Source: Patescibacteria group bacterium
Lineage (GTDB): Bacteria > Patescibacteriota > Minisyncoccia > JAHIHE01 > JAGLIN01
NCBI GenBank assembly: GCA_019428855.1
Contig: JAHYJV010000004.1
Coordinates: 1 to 54,187, forward strand
Direction of reading: 5' to 3'
DNA: 54,187 nt
Shown: positions 9,257 to 17,688 of the stretch, in pieces
How positions within the stretch are numbered: position 1 is the stretch's first letter
How the letters are laid out: every line of letters begins with the position of its first letter
The notes under the pieces: model-generated
Told to the model about the DNA's origin: nothing
What the model saw: only the letters and a program-made list of their open reading frames with translations
Databases searched by the model: none
Translations under genes and position numbers: made by a program

Positions 9257-10687
9257 TTAGTTTCTAGAATTTAAGCTTAATTCTTCTTCATACAAATCAG
9301 CGTAAAGCATTACCTGGTTCGGATAGAAAAACAAGTTTTTTGACCTCCAGTTTCCGCCTCCTAAATATCTTCCTGCTGCTTCATATTCTGCATTATAATC
9401 ACCACCAATAACACCAGGTATATCAGAGACTTTCACAGCCATAGCAGCCATAGCATCTGCTAAATCCCACGGATTTGGAGGATAATGACCCGTCACCTCG
9501 CTAATTCTTTGCTCGTATGCTATCCAGGTTGTGGGAATAAATTGAGCAGGTCCCATTGCCCCACCACAACCATAAGTCGGCTCGCGGGAAACTTTCACAG
9601 AGTCAGGTTCAATTCCCAATCGATCTACAATAGAAAAGAATGCTTTTTTCTCATCTGCCGCTCTTTTCAAATAGTATTCCTTTCTGGTTGTATAAATTTT
9701 TGATAATCTTATGTAGCATCCATACATATCATTTTCGAAAGTTCCACTACCCGTATTTTTTCCCAAATTAGATTCAACTTTTAAAATTCCTAATAAATAT
9801 GCCGGCCTAACTCCAATTACAGAGCCAATATGTTTCGCCGCCGAAAAAGCATCATCAAATTTAATTTTATTTCCTAGGCTTTGTAAATCATAAAGCTGAG
9901 CTTTAAGTGAAGGTAAAATGTTTTTATTTTCTTCTAAGAGTTGATTAAATTGTGCTTCTTCTCCCTTAGTGACTTCTAGTAATTCATCTTTCTGAATCTT
10001 AAGCACGGCCATTGATTCATTTTGACCTGATTTAATTTGAATTAATTTTCCCATACCTTCTCTTTGTTCATTAAGCTCTTTTTCTTTTAATTCAAGTTCC
10101 TTTTTTTCATTTTTTAGATCTACGATTGTCATAAACACTTTATCTTTCAACGAATCCATGGCATCAACTTCATTGAAAAATTCGGAAATATCACCTTTGG
10201 CAATCAATATCTCTAAAAGAGAGTCTTGCTCATATGTATATAGGGCCTTAATCAAATTTTTGAGATTTAACCGATCCCTTATGATTTTGTCTTCTCCTTC
10301 TTTTATTTTTTGTTCAATATCTTCTAATTCAAGTTCGGCTTCCTCAATTGATAATGAGGTCTGTTTAATTTCAAGTTCATTTTTGGATATATTGCTATTA
10401 TACAAACTAATCTCTCTTTTTAAGGTTCGCTCTTTATTTTGTTGTGCCTTTATCTCAGCTTCAAAATCTTTGATTTTATCTTCTATGGCATTAATTTCTT
10501 CTCTCTTTTCACTAATCAATTTATTTGTTTCTTCTAAGTCAAATTGCTCATCGCTGGATTGCGCAAAGCTTAAACTTTCAGCTACAGCGCTAGAAAAAAT
10601 TATGCTCAAAAAAAACAAACCACAAAACAAGAATGCTTTGTGGTTGTACGACAAAAGAATTTTAATATTTTTAATCACTGAACTCAT
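9257..10687 (-). CDS. Secreted or anchored coiled-coil protein with a C-terminal lytic-transglycosylase-like domain
   Basis: 476 aa with an N-terminal hydrophobic segment and about 250 aa of Glu/Lys heptad-rich sequence. The C-terminus carries LKVESNLG and GGAMGPAQFIPTTW motifs typical of lytic murein transglycosylases. Confidence 0.75.
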   Translation of the reverse strand: MSSVIKNIKILLSYNHKAFLFCGLFFLSIIFSSAVAESLSFAQSSDEQFDLEETNKLISEKREEINAIEDKIKDFEAEIKAQQNKERTLKREISLYNSNISKNELEIKQTSLSIEEAELELEDIEQKIKEGEDKIIRDRLNLKNLIKALYTYEQDSLLEILIAKGDISEFFNEVDAMDSLKDKVFMTIVDLKNEKKELELKEKELNEQREGMGKLIQIKSGQNESMAVLKIQKDELLEVTKGEEAQFNQLLEENKNILPSLKAQLYDLQSLGNKIKFDDAFSAAKHIGSVIGVRPAYLLGILKVESNLGKNTGSGTFENDMYGCYIRLSKIYTTRKEYYLKRAADEKKAFFSIVDRLGIEPDSVKVSREPTYGCGGAMGPAQFIPTTWIAYEQRISEVTGHYPPNPWDLADAMAAMAVKVSDIPGVIGGDYNAEYEAAGRYLGGGNWRSKNLFFYPNQVMLYADLYEEELSLNSRN

Positions 10688-10794
10688 AAAAACTAAATTA
10701 AGCTTAAAAGCACATCAAAGGACAATCTCTTTTGAGATAATACTGAAATTCCTATGATTTAAAATAAAAAAAATTTTAACTTAATAGGTTTAAT

Positions 10795-11472
10795 CTACTT
10801 TTCTTCTTTCTTTTTCTGATCGTCATCAGCTGAAGCCTCATCTTGCTTTTCTGTACCCTCAACAGCTTCCACATTTTCTTCAACTTTTTCTTCCAAATCT
10901 TCAAGATCTTGTGCTGTTCGCGGAGCAGTTACTGTAACAATTACTACTTCAGGATTAGTGAGAATTTCAATACTTTCTGGAAGATTTAAATCCTTGACTC
11001 TTACCATATCATCAATTTTTTTTAATTGAGATAAGTCAACTTCAATGTTATGGATAAGATCTGATGGCAAACATTTAATTTCAAACACATCATGACTCTT
11101 AACCAAAACTCCGCCTTCGCCTTTTACTGCTGGAGACTCTCCGACAAAAACAACATTCACATTAGTTATAATTTTCTTGTCCATTCTTACTTGATATAAA
11201 TCAAAATGAATAATACTGTCAGTAACTGGATCTGTTTGAAAATCGGTAATTACAACTTTTCCAAAAGATTTGTCATCAATTTTCAAATTAAGCAATGTAC
11301 TCTCCCCTGCCTGTTTTAATATTTTTTTAAATATTTTCCCCTCAATTTTGATACTTTGATTTTCCTTTTTATACCCATAAACTATCCCAGGAACATAACC
11401 CTCTACCCTAAGCCTGTTTGCCTGATTTTTTTTCGCTTCTCTCGTTTTCGCTAATATTTCTAGTGTTTCCAT
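10795..11472 (-). CDS. rplY: Ribosomal protein L25 (Ctc form) with an acidic C-terminal tail
   Basis: 225 aa. The N-terminus RLRVEGYVPGIVYG and two beta-barrel-like halves fit L25/Ctc. It ends in TAG. Confidence 0.88.
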   Translation of the reverse strand: METLEILAKTREAKKNQANRLRVEGYVPGIVYGYKKENQSIKIEGKIFKKILKQAGESTLLNLKIDDKSFGKVVITDFQTDPVTDSIIHFDLYQVRMDKKIITNVNVVFVGESPAVKGEGGVLVKSHDVFEIKCLPSDLIHNIEVDLSQLKKIDDMVRVKDLNLPESIEILTNPEVVIVTVTAPRTAQDLEDLEEKVEENVEAVEGTEKQDEASADDDQKKKEEK

Positions 11473-11480
11473 AGTATATA

Positions 11481-11783
11481 TTACTTATTTTTTAAAAATT
11501 TATGCATTTCAAGAACATCATCATACTCAACACAACTATGTTCTTCTATGCTTTTAAAATCATCTTCCATAATATCTGATGTCATACTAATCGATGTTAT
11601 TCCAAAAGCCCCTGTCATGATTAACATCATAATAGAACCTTGACAATTTTTGCAATTTAGATATAGAGTGACAACCCCTTCTTTACTGTTCATTACTTTA
11701 ATATCTTTTTTTTCATATTTATAATCACACAATGGACATTTAGTCATAATTTGCATGCCAGCCGTTTGATTAGATTTTGACAT
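11481..11783 (-). CDS. Hypothetical zinc-ribbon protein
   Basis: 100 aa with CPLC...CKNC followed by a hydrophobic stretch IMMLIMTGAFGITSI. No family was recognised. Confidence 0.55.
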   Translation of the reverse strand: MSKSNQTAGMQIMTKCPLCDYKYEKKDIKVMNSKEGVVTLYLNCKNCQGSIMMLIMTGAFGITSISMTSDIMEDDFKSIEEHSCVEYDDVLEMHKFLKNK

Positions 11784-12060
11784 AATATTTGTTTTTAGTT
11801 TATTTAAGCTTAAATTTCGTGTTTCAAACTATAAAACATAACATATACATCTTAATATAATATACTGAGTATGTCAAGATTATGTTTATGCTACGATAAT
11901 TGAATTCTACCAAAAATTAACTATTTAATCAAATGGGTCTAATGGGGATTATTGACGTCTAAGCAATAAACATATATACTAAATAAGTCGTTCAAGAATT
12001 ATAGCGATTTTAAGAGAGGAAATTTATTATAATATAAGCGATACAATTAATACAAAAATA

Positions 12061-12097
12061 AACAAAAAACCGGGAAAAAATACCCGAGTTTTTGTTT
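12061..12097. terminator. Bidirectional intrinsic terminator downstream of the murE-like gene
   Basis: aacaaaaaaCCGGG-aaaaaata-CCCGaG-tttttgttt. The GC stem has AT extensions on both sides. Confidence 0.65.
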
Positions 12098-12100
12098 GGG

Positions 12101-13402
12101 CTATTTGTTTCTTTCTCTAATTTTCAATGCCTTGCGAACAATTTCCCTGTCATCCCACGGAATTTTTTCCTCTCCACAAACCATAAATTGCTCCGCTCCT
12201 TTTCCCGTAATAATAACCAAATCATCCTTTTGAGCCATATTAATTGCTTTTTGAATGGCTTCTTTCCGATCTGACATCCGAAAAAAAGTTTCTCCAAGAA
12301 TTTTATTTTTTACTCCCGCGACAACTTGATCAATAATCTCTTCTGGATCTTCACTGTATGGGTCTTCATTGGTAATAATTACGATATCAGCATACTCTGA
12401 AGCCAATTCTCCGCCCTTGGCCCGATAAGTCTTATCACGATCTCCTGTACCACCCAAAACGGCAATCATTCTTTTTTGTACAGTCGGTTTCACAGCTCTA
12501 TAAACATTTCGCAGAGAATCAGGAGAATGTGCATAATCTACGATAATTTCAAAATCTTGTCCTTCCTGAATTTTTTCCAGTCTTCCAGGAATGTTTTTAA
12601 TTGATTCTAATGCCTTTTTAATGGCAAGTGGCCTGATGTTTTCAGCAAGTCCAACTGCCGTGGCTGCCAATGAATTATAAATATTAAACTCACCAATAAG
12701 TGGCAACTGCACTGGCATTTTCCCCTTATCCGTCTTTACTGCAAATTCTAGACCTCCTTTTTTGGAAATAATATCCTCCGCTTTTAATAATTTGATATTT
12801 TCCAAATCTCCATAGCCCTTGAGAGAGAAAGCATATTTTCTCGGACCTTTGAAGTTCAAAAAGCTTCTCAAATTTTCATCATCATAGTTGACGACTATAT
12901 TTTCCAAATCTTTGGTCAGCAATGCATTATGTGAATTCTTATAGTTTTCGTAAGTTTTGTGATAGTCAAGATGATCGCTCATCATATTTGTCAGCACAAC
13001 CGTTTTATATTTCACTCCCCAATGCCGAAATTGCACAAGCCCATGTGAAGAAATTTCCACAATTGCATAATCACATTTTTCTTTAACTGCTTTTTTCAAA
13101 AATTTTTGCAAATAGAATGGAGACGGAGTCGTCAGTTTGATGTCATTGAGCCATTTCTTCTTTCCAATTTGAAAATTTGCCGTAGAGAGCATAGCAACTT
13201 TATGACCACCTTCTTCCAAAACCTTGGCAATCATATTCGTCGTAGTTGTCTTTCCTTTTGTTCCAGCCACACCAATAATCCTGATTTTTCTTTTTGGAAA
13301 ATTGTACATTGCCACAGCCAAAATAGCCCTCACTTTGTGTGTAAATAAAATAAAGCTATAAGGAACAATTTTTCTTAACTTCTGCTTAATTCGGTAAATC
13401 AT
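12101..13402 (-). CDS. murE: Mur ligase, MurE-like (UDP-MurNAc-tripeptide synthetase) with a very short N-terminal region
   Basis: 433 aa with P-loop GVAGTKGKTTT, plus DYAHSPDSL, TNEDPYSEDP and ITGKGAEQF. Only about 45 residues precede the P-loop. Confidence 0.75.
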   Translation of the reverse strand: MIYRIKQKLRKIVPYSFILFTHKVRAILAVAMYNFPKRKIRIIGVAGTKGKTTTTNMIAKVLEEGGHKVAMLSTANFQIGKKKWLNDIKLTTPSPFYLQKFLKKAVKEKCDYAIVEISSHGLVQFRHWGVKYKTVVLTNMMSDHLDYHKTYENYKNSHNALLTKDLENIVVNYDDENLRSFLNFKGPRKYAFSLKGYGDLENIKLLKAEDIISKKGGLEFAVKTDKGKMPVQLPLIGEFNIYNSLAATAVGLAENIRPLAIKKALESIKNIPGRLEKIQEGQDFEIIVDYAHSPDSLRNVYRAVKPTVQKRMIAVLGGTGDRDKTYRAKGGELASEYADIVIITNEDPYSEDPEEIIDQVVAGVKNKILGETFFRMSDRKEAIQKAINMAQKDDLVIITGKGAEQFMVCGEEKIPWDDREIVRKALKIRERNK

Positions 13403-13532
13403 ATTTATAAATTATCAATTAATTAAGGTTGTAACGAGATTAATAAATTATATATTTCCTCGTTTAAATCACAAAAATCATCTTGGGAAATTTGACGGAT
13501 TTTCAAATCTAGCAATGTAACAATTTTGACAC

Positions 13533-16229
13533 TTATCTACTCTTTTTAATTAAAAATAAATATTTGATAACTTCAATTATCACAAGTTCTACTAAGAAGA
13601 CAAATATCATCAAAGACCAATCCGCCAAGTTAAGAGGAACTGTCTTCAAGATGCTTTGAAAAAAAGGATGATAGATGCCAAACATTTGAAAAGTAAAAGC
13701 AAATACAACAGCTGCAATTAAATACCAATTTGAAAACATATTTTTCGCAAAGAATGAATGTCTAAATGACCGAACCGAAAAAACATAAATCAAGGAATCA
13801 ATAGCAAGAATTGAAAAAGTTATGGTATTCGCTCTGGCAAAATCTCCAGTTACATTAAAAACATACCAGAAAACAGCTAACGACAAAATTCCACTTGAAA
13901 TACTTATAGCAATAATCAAAGTTTTAATTTCCAAATTCAGCAATGGTTCATTGGTTTTGCGTGGGGGTTCTTTCATGATATTCTCTTCTTTGGGCTCCAA
14001 AGTTAAAGCTGCGTCAGGAAGACCGTCTGTGACGAGATTAATCCAAAGGATTTGTACGGCAGTCAAGGGAAGGGATATTTCCTTGGGCAGAAAAAGAAGT
14101 GCTCCCATAATCACAATTACTTCACTAAAACTATCAGAGATAAGATAGACAATTATTTTCCTAATGTTTTCATAGATTACGCGCCCTTGTTCAACGGTGG
14201 TAATAATGGTTTTCAAATTATTGTCCAAAAGTATAATGTCAGCAGTTCCTTTAGCAACCTCCGTTCCGCTACCTAGAGCAATTCCGATATCAGACGATTT
14301 TAAGGCTGGTGCATCATTCACTCCATCTCCGGTCATAGCCACAACCTCTCCTTTGCTTTGGAGAGCATCAACAATTCTCAATTTATGATGAGGAGCCACG
14401 CGAGCATAGACCTTTATCTTCCCAACTATATTATTAAAATCTTTTGTGCTCATTTGATCCAGCTGCTGACCGTCTAGAATATTTTGATTATCAACCTTCA
14501 TCCCTAGCTCATTGGCAATGGTTTTGGCCGTTAGACGATTATCTCCAGTTATCATTACAATCCTTATTCCAGCCTCTTTGGCGAGTTTTATAGTCTGTTT
14601 TGCTTCTACTCTAATTGGATCCTTAATAGCAATTAATCCCACAAAAACAAGATTATTAACTAATTCATCATCATTTTCTTCAATGAAGTTATCTACGATT
14701 TTTTTATCTTCAACGGCTTTAAAGGCAACAGCAAGTATTCTTAATCCCTTTCTACTTAAATCTTCCTGACTTTTTTTTAAAAATTTCAAATTCTCTTCTG
14801 TCATTATTTTCTTTTTGCCTTCAATCAAGACATATCGAGATCTGTTAATGATTTCTTCGGGAGCACCCTTAGCATAAATTTCAAAGTTATCAGCGTCAGA
14901 TTTATTCAATGTCGCCATGAATTTTCTCTCTGAATTAAACGGAATCTCACCAATTCTTTTGTAATCCTTTCTTATTTTCTGCGGATCGATGCCGATGCTC
15001 CGGCCGGAATATAAAAGTGCTTTTTCTGTATAATCTCCATGAATTTTCCAATGCTCTGATGTTTCCTGCGCATTTTCCACTATCGCATTATTACAGATTA
15101 ATCCTATCTTAACAGCAACTATATGAGCTAATTTATGCTTCTCTTCTTTGATGAGCTTATCTTTTAAATTTTTCGCAATCGAAAATACAGAACTCATTGT
15201 AACAATGTGATCGACCTTCATTTTTCCCTCGGTAAGTGTTCCAGTTTTATCCGTACAAATCACAGTAGTACTACCAAGAGTCTCGGCAGCTACCAATTTT
15301 CTGACTAGAGATCCTTTTTTCAAAATTCTTTGCATGCCGATTGCCAACACCACCGTTACAGCCACTAATAAGCCTTCGGGAATTGCCGCTACGGCCACCG
15401 CTACGGCAATCGTAAATATTTCTTCAAAGTGAATACCGCGAAATAGTCCGATAGCTAAAATAATTATTACTATTAGAAAAGTTAATATTCCAAACATTTT
15501 ACTGAAAGCAGCTAATTGCTTCTGTAAGGGAGTTTCTTCAGTCTCCGTTTCTTTTAGTAGTTGGGCAATTTGACCAAATTTTGTCTCAATGCCAATTGAT
15601 GTCACAACCATCATTCCTCGACCTCGGGAAATTGCCGTTCCCATATAAACCATATTATCTTTACTTTCTTCAACGACTTGTTTATCTTGAATTTTTGAAA
15701 CCTTAGTAATTGGAACAGATTCCCCCGTTAAGCTTGACTCATCGACATCAAGTTCATGGGCTTCAAGAATTCGACCATCCGCGGGAATTCGATCTCCTGC
15801 CCGAAGCACAATGATATCTCCGATAACAATATCTTCTGAATTTATTTCTTTTTCTATGCCGTCCCTGATAACATCTGATTTGTGCTGCACCATTTCCTTT
15901 AACTTCGCCAATGAATTCTCCGCCTTAGACTCCTGAATAAATCCCACAATTGTGTTGAGGAAAACCGCAAAAAGTATCACACTCGCATCAACCATTTCCT
16001 CAAAAATAAAAGAGATTAAAGCTGCGACCAAAAGAATATAAACCAAAGGGCTCTTAAATTGATTTATCAAAATTGTCAGTGCTGAAAATTTCTTTTTTAC
16101 TGGCAAAGCGTTCTTGCCATATTTTTTCAAGCGATGCTCCGCCTTATCTGAAGCAAGCCCATTTTGAGAAGACTTTAAATCCTCTAAAACATTTTTAATA
16201 CTTAAATTATGCCATTCTTTTTTTTGCAT
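13533..16229 (-). CDS. Cation-transporting P-type ATPase, type II (Ca2+/SERCA-like)
   Basis: 898 aa with LTGESVP, IPEGL, the phosphorylation site DKTGTLT, MITGDN and GDGVNDAPAL. Confidence 0.93.
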   Translation of the reverse strand: MQKKEWHNLSIKNVLEDLKSSQNGLASDKAEHRLKKYGKNALPVKKKFSALTILINQFKSPLVYILLVAALISFIFEEMVDASVILFAVFLNTIVGFIQESKAENSLAKLKEMVQHKSDVIRDGIEKEINSEDIVIGDIIVLRAGDRIPADGRILEAHELDVDESSLTGESVPITKVSKIQDKQVVEESKDNMVYMGTAISRGRGMMVVTSIGIETKFGQIAQLLKETETEETPLQKQLAAFSKMFGILTFLIVIIILAIGLFRGIHFEEIFTIAVAVAVAAIPEGLLVAVTVVLAIGMQRILKKGSLVRKLVAAETLGSTTVICTDKTGTLTEGKMKVDHIVTMSSVFSIAKNLKDKLIKEEKHKLAHIVAVKIGLICNNAIVENAQETSEHWKIHGDYTEKALLYSGRSIGIDPQKIRKDYKRIGEIPFNSERKFMATLNKSDADNFEIYAKGAPEEIINRSRYVLIEGKKKIMTEENLKFLKKSQEDLSRKGLRILAVAFKAVEDKKIVDNFIEENDDELVNNLVFVGLIAIKDPIRVEAKQTIKLAKEAGIRIVMITGDNRLTAKTIANELGMKVDNQNILDGQQLDQMSTKDFNNIVGKIKVYARVAPHHKLRIVDALQSKGEVVAMTGDGVNDAPALKSSDIGIALGSGTEVAKGTADIILLDNNLKTIITTVEQGRVIYENIRKIIVYLISDSFSEVIVIMGALLFLPKEISLPLTAVQILWINLVTDGLPDAALTLEPKEENIMKEPPRKTNEPLLNLEIKTLIIAISISSGILSLAVFWYVFNVTGDFARANTITFSILAIDSLIYVFSVRSFRHSFFAKNMFSNWYLIAAVVFAFTFQMFGIYHPFFQSILKTVPLNLADWSLMIFVFLVELVIIEVIKYLFLIKKSR

Positions 16230-16440
16230 TTGTTCATAATTATTTTTTTATTTTTACACCTAAAAATACATAGCTTTAAACTATATACTACTAAAAATAC
16301 CATAAATTTAGTTTTTGAGCAAAAAAAAGAGCTCTACACTAATAACTGTGGTGGATAACTAAAGAAGTGGTAGAATTATATTGAAGAATTAATAATAATC
16401 TTAACTGTTAAAAACTACACTTCACTTAATTTTATAAACA

Positions 16441-16925
16441 TTGTCATCCCGAGTGACGAAAGGAGCCGAGGGATCCCTCTTAATCTCACAAAATTCTATC
16501 AAACATCAATCTCGAATCTAGTAAAGATTCCGAATCTGGAATTTTGCAAAAAACCGTTAGCTCCATGTATCCTGACTGAAGCCTTGTGTGATTTTCAGCA
16601 AACTTTTTCTGATTCGCACAGATCTTCGCAGGGCTACCGCCACAATGGAGCCAGCTCTTGATAATGAGGATGTCTCGCATCTTGTAAAGCACCTGTTTCT
16701 GGTTCACGCGTTTGCACTATAAAGATGCCTAGCAAGATGCAGGGAATTATCGAAAACCTCTGAGAGTGTCAAATATAGAGAGAGCGATTTCTCCGCTCCG
16801 CTATCTTGCGGTCGGAATACAGCTATGTGTTACTATTTACTTTCGAACAAAACTACTTGACTAGGGTCAGGTTAGCTCTCGCTTCACTTCCATACTTGAC
16901 CACTACACATTTTAACAAAGAGCCT
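16441..16925. ncRNA. Candidate large structured RNA of unknown class (GC-rich, ORF-free spacer)
   Basis: Hand counts give 32/60 G+C in 16621-16680 versus 12/60 in 16261-16320. Several GC-rich helices are visible, for example 16792-16816 tccg-ct-ccgc/gcgg-t-cgga, 16677-16684/16733-16740 and 16560-16566/16645-16651. No protein-like ORF is present. Confidence 0.5.
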
Positions 16926-16936
16926 AAGTCTTTAAT

Positions 16937-17656
16937 TTATTTTTTCTTCTCATCTTTATATATATCAAAATTATATCCAAACCGATTTCCTTGATCATCC
17001 TTGCCTTTAATTGCCCACCAAATTCCAACGCCGATACTTTGCAGGATTATTTTCAAATGTCCTTCTTTAGCAAATCTTCTGGGAGAAACTTTTATCTTTG
17101 AACCCTTCATCACTCTGAACTTTCCAATTTTTCCAATTCGTTTGGCATAGTCTGAATCTTCACCCAAAATAATTCTTTCGTCAAATCCTTTGATTTTTTC
17201 ATGCATCTCTTTTCTGGCAAAGATGCACCAGCCGCCTGCAAAGGGACTAATTTTTTGAAAAGTCATTGCTAAAGTATTCCAAAAAGCATAGAACAGGCGA
17301 TCAAGAAATATACCCTGTACAAAGGCTCTTGGCACAGCACAGTCTAACTTCCGATCTTGAAATTCTTCCACAAGTAATTCCAAAAAGAACTCGTCCGCCA
17401 GCTCCGTATCAGAATCAAGAAAAAGCAAGATTTCTCCCTGGGCAATTTTTGCTCCTAAATTTCTACCCGAACCAGGCATCCCTCCTTGAGTTAAAACACA
17501 ATTATATTGTTTGGCAATTTTTGGGGTTTTGTCTTCTGATTTATTATCTGCCACAATTATTTCATAATCAGCAAAAGTCTGTTTGCGGATACTTTCGAGA
17601 AGCTTCGGTAGATATACTTCCTCGTTTTTTGTAGGAATAATAATTGATAAAATCAT
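16937..17656 (-). CDS. Glycosyltransferase family 2
   Basis: 239 aa with the N-terminus LSIIIPTKNEEVYLPKLLESI, plus ADNKSEDKT and a DxD motif (FLDSDTEL). Confidence 0.88.
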   Translation of the reverse strand: MILSIIIPTKNEEVYLPKLLESIRKQTFADYEIIVADNKSEDKTPKIAKQYNCVLTQGGMPGSGRNLGAKIAQGEILLFLDSDTELADEFFLELLVEEFQDRKLDCAVPRAFVQGIFLDRLFYAFWNTLAMTFQKISPFAGGWCIFARKEMHEKIKGFDERIILGEDSDYAKRIGKIGKFRVMKGSKIKVSPRRFAKEGHLKIILQSIGVGIWWAIKGKDDQGNRFGYNFDIYKDEKKK

Positions 17657-17688
17657 AATTTATAATTAAAAAATAAATTAAGCTTCCA

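Noticed and set aside
9100-9260. Replication terminus/dif site at the convergent strand switch.
   Set aside because: No sequence resembles the XerC/D dif consensus, and a strand switch alone is not evidence. The 20-bp inverted repeat is reported separately without this interpretation.
10158-10757. The 199-aa plus-strand ORF, and similar long antisense ORFs (6163-6543 minus, 25888-26274 plus, 47479-47766 minus, 45706-46038 plus, 38016-38351 plus).
   Set aside because: All lie antisense or out of frame within genes that have strong family motifs. Their products are low-complexity Ser/Leu/Phe/Ile-rich, which is typical of shadow ORFs in AT-rich coding DNA.
16560-16651. Cobalamin-riboswitch-like features on the minus strand: cugUGCGAAUCag loop (16609-16621), AGUCAGGAUAC resembling a B12 box, and a closing helix gctccat/atggagc.
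   Set aside because: The GGGAA and CCCGC/GCCACUG core motifs are absent, and the B12-box match breaks after AGUCAGGAUAC. The downstream gene (a P-type ATPase 330 nt away) is not a typical cobalamin-regulated gene. The resemblance is too partial to call.
16441-16925. Identification of the GC-rich spacer as RNase P RNA or tmRNA (the size would fit).
   Set aside because: Neither strand contains the RNase P P4 motifs (GGAAAGUCC / ACAGAAcCCGGCUUA-like). Neither strand has a tmRNA acceptor/T-arm (GGUUCGA..., terminal CCACCA) or a plausible tag ORF ending in hydrophobic residues. The class is left open.
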